The notes under the pieces: generated by a model | Seen by the model: only the letters and a program-made list of their open reading frames with translations | What the model was told of the DNA's origin: nothing | Databases searched by the model: none | Translations under genes and position numbers: made by a program | Assembly: GCA_951813085.1 (NCBI GenBank) | Contig: OX638348.1 | Coordinates: forward strand, 627,627 to 691,626 | Direction: 5' to 3' | From: an uncultured Opitutaceae bacterium | Lineage (GTDB): Bacteria > Verrucomicrobiota > Verrucomicrobiia > Opitutales > Opitutaceae | DNA length: 64,000 nt | Part shown: positions 37,322-47,429 of the stretch, in pieces | How the letters are laid out: each line of letters starts with the position of its first letter | Numbering within the stretch: position 1 is the first letter of the stretch

Positions 37322-39321
37322 ATGGCATCCCTTGTGATTATGGAATCCATGCCATTGAAGAAACGATTGATTGGGGTTACGTGGGTGATTGGCGTTGCCG
37401 CACTGACTGCTCATCTAAAGGCCATGAATTGGCTCCCCATTTCTGATGAAGATAAAGAATCTTCGGAATGCTACTATGAAAAGGATGCGGCAATAGAGGC
37501 GTTATACCAGTTTTCGGAGGGAGATTTTGGAGACGCAGATCTTAGCTATAGGCAATACTATACGCGTTTTAATGGTATACCGAAAGGAAGGAATCGAGGC
37601 TCTACGAAACGTTAGGTTCAAGCATTTTGGATCTGCTTCGGAAATTCGAGATGCGAAAGCGAGAATACACAAAACAACGTCTGGAAGCTTTGAATTCGAA
37701 GAAGGCCAAATCGTAGGGGCGGATGATGGGGAGGGATGGGATTTGCGTTTCGCGTTAGCTCCTTTGGAGACTGGAGATATAGTTGATTTGCAATACAGAA
37801 TTAGACGCAGAAGCATATATTCGAGCGAATATACTATTCTTCAAAAAGAGTGGCCCACTCGGAGGCGTTTAATCCGAATTAGGCCCCATGCATCCAGTCG
37901 CTATGACAATTTCTATGGACCACACTTTGCTCGATGGGAAACCTTGAATGCGGATCCAATTGAGATACAGGAAAAGGCCAATGGGTTCTACGAGGTTGTA
38001 GTTGGCAACATGAATACGTTTGCGGAGGAACCTTATAGTCTCCCCAAGGAAAAACGAGCGGCAGGTTTCTATTTCTATAGATCCTCTGATGACTCTCTCC
38101 CTGGAACGTACTGGATTCGAAGAGGTAAGGAAATATATCGAGAGACAAGAGCGCAGACTAAGCCGGGAGCTAACATAAGATCCGTTCTTGAGCAGCTGAT
38201 TACTGGCGGAATGGATCAAGACGAGAAATTGAAGGTACTGTATGACTATTGCGTTTCAGAATTGATAAACACGAGGCATGGCGATTTGTCCGCTCTTACT
38301 TCAGAGCAACGAAATTGGATAGATAGCGAAGGAACTGCGGAAAAAGTCTTGGAGCAGGGCTATGGTAGCCCAACTAATATTAACACGGTTTTTTTGCGCT
38401 CTAGTTCGGGCGGCTGGATTTGAAGCACGTAGAGTATTGTTGAATACAAGAATGGGTCCTCGGTTCACGGGTACAGTTGCGAGTTCCAGTTTCATGATGC
38501 CCAATCGATGCATTTCTGTACGTCTGGGTGATGAATGGCGCTTCTTTGATCCGGCTGACAAGTACTTGCCGATTGGGCAACTTTCATGGGAAGAGCAAGG
38601 TGTCGCTGCAATGATTACGAATCGGAATGGATTTGAGAGGACTTCGGTAAAAGTATCCTCATCGGAAGCTTCTAAGACGCTCAGAAAAGGGCGATTTACA
38701 TTGTCAAATAAGGGAATTCTATCGGGATCGGTTAGTTTGGAATATACTGGTCATTTTGGAGTTGATTTGAAGTGGATTCTTGACGACGAGTCGGTGAGCG
38801 GTCAGCATCGGTACGTCGAAGAGATGATTGCCAATTTCTGGCCGAATGCGGAAATATCATCCATTGTTGTTTCCAATGTAACGCATCCTTTTATGCCCTT
38901 GAAAATCTCCTTTGTTTTGGAGTCCTTATCAATCGGTCAAGTTGTGGGAGGTGATTTGACAATTCCTGTGAACCCTTTTGAGCTGTTAGCGACTTCGGAA
39001 CTGCCAGAAACGAAGCGCCATTCGGATTTGTTCTTCAAGTTCGCCAAGACAGAAGTAGATGACATTGAGATTACCTTGCCAAAAGATTTCGAATTAGGAA
39101 AAGCGCATGCACCAAGATCTTTTGAAATGGATGGAATATTTGAATACAAACCTCGATTGGGAATCAAACGAAGATCAAGTACTCTGGTGTATTCTCGTTC
39201 GTATTCACTTAAGGTTGTCGACTTTCCTAGCCGCCATTATGAGACGATTAGACAGTTGTTCCAGAACAAGACCCTTGAAGATAGACATAAAGTGTCGCTA
39301 AAACGGAAATCTAGCGAGTGA
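37322..39321 (+). pseudogene. Transglutaminase-like large secreted protein (DUF3857/TGase-core-like), split across three frames
   Basis: ORFs 37322-37615 (signal peptide), 37527-38423 and 38362-39321 are consecutive pieces in different frames. Removing one T from the T7 run at 38389-38395 joins …EQGYGSPTNINTVF to CALVRAAGFEARRVLL…, a TGase-core-like motif. Another shift lies near 37540-37600. Confidence 0.5.
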
Positions 39322-39542
39322 ACGAACGGAGTGTGAGCTTCTGAGGACGAGTCGCAGCCATAGCAGATGGTAATGCGAGGGTTGAAGAGGCAATCTTTCA
39401 GATGGAAGGTACAGGACCTCACGTCCACCAATGGTCCATTATGCCTCCGAAAGGCGAAATAACGTCGACCTTCATAGCTGGAACGCTTCTGTCAGCTTCA
39501 TTATCAAGATCTAGATTGTCGGAAAGGGAAGGGTGAACAGTA

Positions 39543-40373
39543 ATGGATCGGGAGGAGGTGTTCGAACGTTCGAGGAATCGGAAGGCAAGAGTGTCCAATA
39601 TTGGACCCAGGATCGAAATTTTTACTGTGAAGACGGTTTCCATTATCGCCATTGTTCTCTCAAGCACTGCATTGGCAGTGACGTTGTTCAATCGAGTCAC
39701 GGCCCCCGGTTCGGTATCAACGGAATCCGTGAGCGAATCGCTTCGATTGGAAGTGGAGGAATTGCGCGAGAGATTGGCGGCGCTGGAAAACTCGAACCCA
39801 ACAGTGGCGGAGCAGATTTTAGTTTCGCCAGAAATTGAGCAGAAAGTTGAGGAGTTGGCCGATAGCCAAATGGATCTAGCTGAACTTACGTTGAGCATCG
39901 ATTCACTGGGGGTTCTGGAAACGCAAGAGCGCGAGCTGGTAGAGGCCTACCAGGCTCTTCTCGATGAATCGCGGCCCGCAGGAGAGCGCGTTAAGCGAGC
40001 GCAATTGCTAAAGCGATACGGTCAATTTGATGAGCAAGCAGTGGAGTCGATGTGGAAACTGTTTTCGGAGGCAAAGAAACCCTATGATCAAGCGGCTGCG
40101 CTAACTGCCTTGAAAGGCCATATTTCAGTAGATCGTTTAGATGATGTAGTCGCTGCGCTCAATCAAGATACAGAAAATGGATACAAGAATGGCCGCCTTC
40201 GCTATTTCGGTGTCGAAGCGCTGCAACCCTTGCTCAATGAGCCGGCTGCCAAGGAGCAGTTGACGTTCATTGCCCAGAACGATCCTGAGCCGAAGATAGC
40301 CGCAAGAGCGGCTCGACTCGTTGGATTGCTCGTTCAGAAAGTAAAACGAACAACTTCGGACCGTCGAAAGTAG
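39543..40373 (+). CDS. Hypothetical membrane-anchored coiled-coil protein
   Basis: N-terminal TM helix (VKTVSIIAIVLSSTALAVTLF), coiled-coil region, C-terminal helical-repeat-like region. Confidence 0.4.
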   Translation: MDREEVFERSRNRKARVSNIGPRIEIFTVKTVSIIAIVLSSTALAVTLFNRVTAPGSVSTESVSESLRLEVEELRERLAALENSNPTVAEQILVSPEIEQKVEELADSQMDLAELTLSIDSLGVLETQERELVEAYQALLDESRPAGERVKRAQLLKRYGQFDEQAVESMWKLFSEAKKPYDQAAALTALKGHISVDRLDDVVAALNQDTENGYKNGRLRYFGVEALQPLLNEPAAKEQLTFIAQNDPEPKIAARAARLVGLLVQKVKRTTSDRRK

Positions 40374-40454
40374 GAGTTGGCCTTTTCGAAGATGTCAGGG
40401 TGGTCGCTCTTCCCAGCTTGCCCTGGGAGCCGGCCGACGGCTTAATCAATCGGT

Positions 40455-42608
40455 ATGTACCCCAAGATTGCGATCGCGAACCTTGCAGCGCTCGGCGCTT
40501 TGTTGGTTGGCTGCGGAGAAAGCCCCAAACCAGACGCGAAGGAGTATTCTACCTGGAGCAGCTATGCGGGCAGCGCCGATGCCGCCCAGTACTCAAGTCT
40601 GGATCAGATCAATCGCTCGAATGTGGGGCAACTGGAGGTCGCATGGTCCTATTCCACGGGTGACAATAACCGGTATTCGTTTGTGCCTCTCGTAGTGGAT
40701 GACCTGGCCTTCGTTCTGGCGAAAGACAATTCCATCGTGGCGATTGACGCCACAAGCGGTGAGGAAATCTGGATTCATAGCCCAGACGGAAAGGAAAAGG
40801 CATTAACCAATCGTGGCATCAACTATTGGGAAAGCGCCGATCGCACCGACCAGAGGCTCTTCTTCGCCAGCAATCATTTTCTTCGCGCTATCGATGCCCG
40901 AACGGGAAAGCCCATCGTCGATTTTGGTGATCAAGGGAGCGTGAGCTTGAAGGAAGGGCTGGGGCGGGACCCGAGTTCGTTCTCTCTCGTGCAATCGCAT
41001 TCGCCGGGCCGTGTATTCGAAAATACGCTTATCTTGGGATCGGCTACCAACGAAGGCTATGGGTCAGCTCCGGGTGACGTACGAGCGTACGACGTTCTAA
41101 CGGGCAAGATCGTCTGGTCATTCCATACCATTCCGCATCCAGGAGAATTTGGATACGATACCTGGCCAGAGGATGCTTGGAAAACAGTGGGGGGCGCCAA
41201 TGTCTGGTCTGAATTCACCGTGGATACGGAAAGAGGCATCGTCTATCTTCCCGTAGCCAGCGCCAAATACAACTTTTACGGAGCTGATCGCCAAGGGACC
41301 AATCTCTATAGCAATTGCCTGGTGGCTCTCGATGCCCGCAATGGAAAGCGGCTTTGGCATTTCCAATTCGTCCATCACGATATTTGGGACTACGATCCGG
41401 CGACCGCTCCAAAGCTATTGACTATCGAGCGCGAGGGCAAGCCGGTCGACGTAGTGGCCCAGGCCACGAAGCAAGGATTCCTATTCGTTTTCGACCGAGA
41501 AAGCGGCGAACCGATTTGGCCGATCGAGGAACGCCCCGTTCCGCAAGGCACTGAAATGCCACGCGAAACCTTGTGGCCGACCCAGCCCTTTCCCACGGCT
41601 CCTCCTCCATTCGCTCGACAGTCCTTTACGGTGGACGACCTGAATCCCCATATGAGCGAAGCGGGCCGGAAGCGGTTTTACGACGGCGTCAAGAATGCCC
41701 GGAACGAGGGTCTATTTACACCCCCGGGCCGGACGGATACGATCCAAATGTCGGGTAACAATGGCGGATCCAATTGGGGCGGCGGCGCCGTCGATCCAAG
41801 GAAGGGCGAGCTCTTCGTCGTCTCCAAAGATCATCCCGCCATCCTAAAAGCTGGTTCCCGATCAGGAGCAATCGGCCCCGCCTCCTAGCGAACGAGAGGG
41901 GCCCGGTCGCAGTATTTGTATGACATGCACTGTCAAAGCTGCCATTCGACCGAGCAGCAGCCAAACTCGCTGGCTGTGTCCTCATTGATCGGGGTTTCCA
42001 GCAAGCTCAGCGCTGCGCAGCTTCGAAACGTCATAGTAGCCGGTCAGGGACCCATGCCTGGATTTCCTTCGCTGCCTGAAGCAGATGTGGACCTGCTAGT
42101 AGATTTTCTAGCATCCCCTGTCCGTATCTAGAGTACGATGACTGATAGCAGTAGTTCGAGTGGCCTAGCCACGCGTTTCACGAGCGGCTTCGGACTAGTC
42201 CGCGCTAGCAATGGCCTTTCTCCGATCAAGCCTCCCTGGTCGACCCTCACCGCCTACGACTTGAATCGAGGAACTATCAAGTGGCAGATCCCTCTCGGAG
42301 ATGTTCCCCACTTGGCAGCTCAGGGAATAAAAGGAACCGGATCGTCCATGCCTAAGGTGGGGCCGGTCGCAACTGCGGGCGGCTTGATCTTCGCCGGGAC
42401 CCGAGACAAGAAAGTCCGGGCTTTCGATGTCGATAGTGGAGAGATTTTATGGGAAAGCGAAGTCTCGGCTGCTTTGGAAGGGATCCCCGCGGTCTACGAA
42501 GTGGACGGACGCCAGTATATCCTCTTCTGCGCCTCCGCTCAGGCAGGACTCACGAACGACACCGCCGAAACGATCAAGGGTCAATACGTCGCATTCGCGC
42601 TGCCTTAG
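40455..42608 (+). pseudogene. PQQ-dependent dehydrogenase (beta-propeller) with an internal cytochrome c domain; two in-frame TAG codons
   Basis: ORFs 40455-41888, 41916-42131 and 42138-42608 are all in one frame, separated only by TAG at 41886-41888 and 42129-42131. The lipoprotein signal (LVGCGE) and PQQ propeller blades sit in parts 1 and 3. The CxxCH haem motif (MHCQSCHS) is in part 2. Parts 2 and 3 alone lack signal peptides. Confidence 0.7.
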
Positions 42609-42654
42609 ATTCTCGATATCGAAATCGTGTTGCTACTGCGTAGTACTGCAAAGA

Positions 42655-43626
42655 CTACGGTTCCAACACGATGGCGCCGCACCGGCGTTCGGACTCTACT
42701 AACGCATGAGCGGTAGCAGCGTGTTCGAAGGGCAGCGTCTGGTCGACGATTGGTTTGATCTGGCCTTCTTCGATCAAGGAGCGCAGCTCATCTAAGTCTT
42801 GCATCGTTTCGCCTGCAAAGGTGGAAAGAGCTATCTTGTTGTCAGGCATTCGAAGCAATCGCGTCCTTAGCAGATCTGAAAATCGAGGGTTTCCCACAAG
42901 ATACCGTCCGCCATTATCCAGATTATTCATACACGTTTCGAACGATGCACCAGGAACCATATTGAAGATAAGGTCGTAGCGGTTCCCTTCATCTCCAAAC
43001 GCAATTTTCTCATAGTCGATAAAGTGGTCGGCCCCTGCGTGGCGTATTACGTCCTCCTTCTCTGACTTGTCGACGGCGGTGATTTCCGCCCCGCGGGCCT
43101 TGGCGATCTGGATCGCGAACAAGCCAATGCTTCCCCCTCCGCCATTAATCAAGACGCGATCTCCGTTGGAAACCTGACCCAGATTCAAGAAGTGCAGCGC
43201 GTTCAGCCCGCCTAGAAGCGCTGAAGCCGCTTCTGAATAATCAGAGCCTTCAGGCATTTTGCCTATCGTGAATGATTCGGGATAGGTAGCGTATTCTGCA
43301 TAGGCTCTCATCCGGAGCTGGCCGCAGCCAAATACTCTGTCGCCTATCGAAAATCGAGTGACATTCTTCCCGATCGCTACAATCTCTCCCGCAAAGTAGC
43401 TACCCAAAACTCGATTTCTAGGCTTTCTAATTCCCAGATATAAACGCAACGGCAGGGCGAACCATTTCACTGGAAATCGAAAGCTCCGCATTTCGCAATC
43501 CGCCTTCGTCGCTTCGACCGCGCGTATTCGAATGAGCGCTTCATTGCCTCTGGGACGCGGGGCCTCCAGTTCCTCGACCTTCAGGACTTCAGGGCCGCCG
43601 TAGTTGTCGTAGACGATTGATTTCAT
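42655..43626 (-). CDS. Zinc-type/MDR-family NAD(P)-dependent alcohol dehydrogenase or quinone oxidoreductase
   Basis: MDR fold with nucleotide-binding GGGGSIGLFAIQIAKARGA. 323 aa. Confidence 0.8.
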   Translation of the reverse strand: MKSIVYDNYGGPEVLKVEELEAPRPRGNEALIRIRAVEATKADCEMRSFRFPVKWFALPLRLYLGIRKPRNRVLGSYFAGEIVAIGKNVTRFSIGDRVFGCGQLRMRAYAEYATYPESFTIGKMPEGSDYSEAASALLGGLNALHFLNLGQVSNGDRVLINGGGGSIGLFAIQIAKARGAEITAVDKSEKEDVIRHAGADHFIDYEKIAFGDEGNRYDLIFNMVPGASFETCMNNLDNGGRYLVGNPRFSDLLRTRLLRMPDNKIALSTFAGETMQDLDELRSLIEEGQIKPIVDQTLPFEHAATAHALVESERRCGAIVLEP

Positions 43627-43637
43627 ATTTCTAGTCG

Positions 43638-43697
43638 ATTGCGCAGTACTACACCGTTCAGTTTACTTTACAATAATAAAATTGCACTACTCGGTGT
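43638..43697. promoter_or_regulatory. Candidate operator/divergent promoter region for the tetR–MDR dehydrogenase pair
   Basis: Inverted repeat actacaccg (43651-43659) and cggtgtagt (43689-43697) flank an AT-rich spacer. The 10-mer gcagtactac (43638-43647) is the reverse complement of gtagtactgc at 42632-42641, on the far side of the dehydrogenase gene. Confidence 0.3.
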
Positions 43698-43700
43698 AGT

Positions 43701-44339
43701 GTGCATGTTAAGGCGCCTATGAGTGAGGCGACCCATCAGACCGCCAAGGCAGCCAAGCGATCGGCGAAACGCGATTCCATTGTAGAGGGAGCCGTCAAGG
43801 CATTCGAGCTAGGGGGGTACGAAGGGGCCTCTATGGATCGCGTCGCAGAGCTTGCTGGGGCCTCGAAGCGTACGGTCTATAATTATTTCCCGAGCAAGGA
43901 AGCGCTTTTGATCGCGGTGATATCGGATTTGGTCGAAGGCCAGGCTGCTCTTAAGAGAATAAAATTCGATCCTCAAAAAAGCGTTTCGCAGCAGCTTTCA
44001 AAATTTATTGAAGCAGAGTTCTATGTCATGAATGACCCGACTCGCCTTTCCTTGGCCCGCGTGCTTACGTCTATTTTCGCCCGCAATCCGGAGCTGGCTG
44101 CAAAGGCCTGTCAAGGCATGGATCCGCCTCATGGACCCTTTATCGAGTGGTTGAATGCGGCCAATGAAGAAGGTGTTCTGAACGTTCCCGACGTCGCTTT
44201 GGCGGCAAAAGTATTTTATGGAATGATCGAGGGGCTTTTCAATTATCCCGCGCTGTTTCAAGCGACTCCTACCAAGAAGGAAATGGCGTCATTGAAGAAT
44301 GAGGTCATAGCGTTCATTCTTAGCCGCTATCAGGGGTAG
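43701..44339 (+). CDS. TetR/AcrR-family transcriptional regulator
   Basis: N-terminal TetR HTH (…GYEGASMDRVAELAGASKRTVYNYFPSKEALL…). Divergent from the MDR dehydrogenase gene. The start is probably the ATG of MSEATHQ (about 43728). Confidence 0.8.
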   Translation: MHVKAPMSEATHQTAKAAKRSAKRDSIVEGAVKAFELGGYEGASMDRVAELAGASKRTVYNYFPSKEALLIAVISDLVEGQAALKRIKFDPQKSVSQQLSKFIEAEFYVMNDPTRLSLARVLTSIFARNPELAAKACQGMDPPHGPFIEWLNAANEEGVLNVPDVALAAKVFYGMIEGLFNYPALFQATPTKKEMASLKNEVIAFILSRYQG

Positions 44340-44459
44340 GTGGAAATCGACCGGAACAATGAATAGGAACGTCGTTTGGCGCGTCTTGTCTACAGACGCA
44401 TTCTAGGCATCTAGCCTCCATTTCTGAGAGGTCAGATGTAAATTGGGAAAGGAAACGCT

Positions 44460-44918
44460 ATGAAAATTGTGACACGAATGAATTCTAGTCATCGCTCGAT
44501 CGCGGTGATTTCGCTTCTTGGATTGAGCCTGCTATTCGCTGGGTGCAACTCCACGGGGCACCACGAACGCAAGGGCGCGGTCGCAGGAGCGGCTACGGGA
44601 GCGGTGCTCGGAGCGATTATCGGCAAGCAGTCCAACGAAGAGGGCGAAGGCGCCGCTGTCGGCGCGGTTGCAGGAGCGCTCATCGGGCGCGAGATGGGCA
44701 GAGCCAAAGACCGGGCTGACTACGATGTCGGTCGGGCCCGCAATGCCGAGGTCTACGATGCGACTCGAGTCGACTACGGTGCGATGATGACGGAAGCCGA
44801 AAAGGACAGCGTCCGAGCCCGAGCCGGAAAAGAGCGAATCGACGATTGGGGATACTACCTGACGTCGGACGAAAAGCGCCGTCTAATAGACCGCGCCGAG
44901 CAAGGCGTCGGACTTTGA
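44460..44918 (+). CDS. Glycine-zipper (YMGG-like) lipoprotein
   Basis: Lipoprotein signal (…LLFAGCNS) followed by a GAxxGAxxGAxxG glycine-zipper stretch (GAVAGAATGAVLGAIIGK…AAVGAVAGALIGR). Confidence 0.5.
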   Translation: MKIVTRMNSSHRSIAVISLLGLSLLFAGCNSTGHHERKGAVAGAATGAVLGAIIGKQSNEEGEGAAVGAVAGALIGREMGRAKDRADYDVGRARNAEVYDATRVDYGAMMTEAEKDSVRARAGKERIDDWGYYLTSDEKRRLIDRAEQGVGL

Positions 44919-45080
44919 GGAGCGATCCAGCTTCTCGGTGATACCCTTTGACAAGAAAGTGAAGAGTAGCGGTTGAACGGTTGGAGCGTCGAGTTCTGTA
45001 GTTGAACCTTCGGCAACCGCGATTTTGCTGTCGCGGATCCGATGTATTGACGATTTGCAGAATCTGTAGAAGAGTGCGGC

Positions 45081-46202
45081 GTGAAATTTCGCAGCCTCTC
45101 AAATCGACTGACGATACTCTATCTTGGGATGCTGGTTAGCCTCTCTTGCTTTGGCGACGATGACCGCCCCGTGGCTAGGATCGAGAACGATCGGGTGGAA
45201 GTGGTCGTAGATCTAGGTGGGGGTTCCCTAACCGCTTATCGCTTGAAGCCCGACGGCCTGAATCCCTTGCAATGGGACTCCTGGTCCTTCAATGCGAAGG
45301 CGGATGAGACGCCTCCGATGACGCCCCGCTCGATGGGTCATTTTCTTTGCCTGGATCGTTGGGGACCTCCTTCGGACGCGGAAAGGGCTCGCGGACTGAA
45401 GAACCATGGCGAAGCGACTAAAGTATGGTGGGAGGAGGCGCCGGATTCGAAGGGCGCCCAGGGAGTTCTCAATCTCAGGGCAACGCTGCCCCTAGCCGAT
45501 TTAAGCGTAGAGCGCGTGGTTAGAATGGAGCCTGGGTCCACCTTGGTGCAGGTGGAGGAACGGGTTACGAATGTGAATCCGATTGGGCGAATCTACAATC
45601 TGGTGCAGCATCCAACGATTGGACCACCGTTTCTCGATAGGGAGACGATCGTCGACTCGAACGGAACGCGCGGTTTCATGCAAGAGAGGCCAATGCCCAA
45701 TCCCGAGTCGCCTGAGGTACGCTGGCCCAATAGCTTAACGCTAGATGGGACTGAGTCTGATTTACGCTACTTTACGTACGATCAAAAACCTGCAGTGGTC
45801 TCGTTCATCATCGAAGAAGAATACGGCTGGGTCACAGCGGCGAGCCCAAGCAGCGGACTCTTGCTCGGCTACCTTTGGAAGAGCGCCGACCATCCCTGGT
45901 TGAATATTTGGAGGCATTTGAAGGATGGGGAGCCATTCGCCCGCGGTCTCGAGTTTGGAACGACGGGATTGCATCGGCCCGGGCATGACTTGGTGGCGAA
46001 AGGTCGAATCTTTGATCGCTCTCTCTATCGGTATATCGATCCCGACGAGACACAGACGTTTCGCTTCGCCATGTTTCTTGTGGAAATCCCCGACGACTTT
46101 GCGGGTGTAAGTTCGTTGGAATATGCGGATGAGTCGATCCGGATACTGGAACGAGGCCCACGAGCGAGACCGATTGAAGTCGAGGCCTATTCCCTTTTTT
46201 AA
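45081..46202 (+). CDS. Hypothetical secreted protein (373 aa)
   Basis: Signal peptide (…LYLGMLVSLSCFG). No family recognised with confidence. Confidence 0.45.
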   Translation: MKFRSLSNRLTILYLGMLVSLSCFGDDDRPVARIENDRVEVVVDLGGGSLTAYRLKPDGLNPLQWDSWSFNAKADETPPMTPRSMGHFLCLDRWGPPSDAERARGLKNHGEATKVWWEEAPDSKGAQGVLNLRATLPLADLSVERVVRMEPGSTLVQVEERVTNVNPIGRIYNLVQHPTIGPPFLDRETIVDSNGTRGFMQERPMPNPESPEVRWPNSLTLDGTESDLRYFTYDQKPAVVSFIIEEEYGWVTAASPSSGLLLGYLWKSADHPWLNIWRHLKDGEPFARGLEFGTTGLHRPGHDLVAKGRIFDRSLYRYIDPDETQTFRFAMFLVEIPDDFAGVSSLEYADESIRILERGPRARPIEVEAYSLF

Positions 46203-46311
46203 GCAAAATGGGATTGGGGCGCTCGCCATCGCGCGGAAAATAATTGATGTGCCCAATGCTCACGCTGGCGCCATAATCGTCCTGAAATTAATTTAAATCT
46301 AGTATCCCTCG

Positions 46312-47418
46312 ATGAACCACACCTTGACGATCCCTCCCTCAATGGCAAAAGTCGGCCGTAGAACTTTTCTGGCCGCTGCTGCGACCACCGCCGTATCCAT
46401 AGCGCTGGGACGCGACTATGGAGAAAATGCGGCTCCGGTCCGCTATCCGGAACCGGACGTGCGAGCTCTCGACTCGCGATTCAACAAGTACAAGCTGGGC
46501 AATTCACCCATTCGCCGTCTCTATCACAGCAAGGATATGCTATGGGCTGAAGGTCCGGCCTGGAATGGGGTCGGGCGCTATCTTCTATGGAGCGATATTC
46601 CCAATGATGTACAGCTTCGCTGGCTGGACGAGGATGGCCATGTGAGCGTATTTCGAAGCCCTGCAGGCAATAGCAATGGAAACACTTTCGATTATCAAGG
46701 AAGGCAGATCTCCTGCCAGCATGGCCCCCGCAATGTGGTCCGCTACGAGTACGACGGTACGGTGACTGTATTGGCTGATGGATACAACGGAAAGTCCTTC
46801 AATGCGCCTAACGATGCCGTCGTACATCCCAATGGCGATATCTGGTTCACGGATCCTGGTTATGGCGGCTTGATGAACTACGAAGGCAGCCGCGCGGAAA
46901 ATGGTTCGACGCAGCCTTACCAGAAGGAAGCGGTATACCGGATCGACTCCAAGACGGGATCGCTACACCAGGTCACCGATGAAATCTTCAAGCCCAACGG
47001 GCTCTGCTTTTCTCCGGACTATAAGACCTTATATGTCGCGGATACGGGAGCCTCCCATTACGCAGACGCATCCAAGAGCATTTATGCTTGGAATGTCGTG
47101 GACGAGAGCCGATTGAGCGGTCGGCGGGCCTTCGCATCCATGGAAATGGAGGTCGGTGGCAAAACGGTCGCTGGGTTAGCGGATGGCATTCGAGCCGACG
47201 AGGACGGGAATATCTGGTCCAGCGCCGGCTGGGTTGGCGCTGGGTATGATGGAGTCCACATCTTCTCCCTTGAAGGAGAGAGAATCGGCCAAATTGTGTT
47301 GCCCGAGATTTGCAGCAATGTTTGCTTTGGCGGTCCCAAGCGAAACCGTCTTTTCATGACGGGAAGCCAGTCCTTATATGCGGTTTACGTAGAAACCAGA
47401 GGGGCTCATATTTGTTAG
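46312..47418 (+). CDS. SMP-30/gluconolactonase/LRE-family protein, Tat-exported
   Basis: Tat signal (…GRRTFLAAAATTAVSIALG). Beta-propeller lactonase pattern (…NAPNDAVVHPNGDIWFTDPGYG…LYVADTG…). Confidence 0.8.
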   Translation: MNHTLTIPPSMAKVGRRTFLAAAATTAVSIALGRDYGENAAPVRYPEPDVRALDSRFNKYKLGNSPIRRLYHSKDMLWAEGPAWNGVGRYLLWSDIPNDVQLRWLDEDGHVSVFRSPAGNSNGNTFDYQGRQISCQHGPRNVVRYEYDGTVTVLADGYNGKSFNAPNDAVVHPNGDIWFTDPGYGGLMNYEGSRAENGSTQPYQKEAVYRIDSKTGSLHQVTDEIFKPNGLCFSPDYKTLYVADTGASHYADASKSIYAWNVVDESRLSGRRAFASMEMEVGGKTVAGLADGIRADEDGNIWSSAGWVGAGYDGVHIFSLEGERIGQIVLPEICSNVCFGGPKRNRLFMTGSQSLYAVYVETRGAHIC

Positions 47419-47429
47419 AGCACTCGTGA

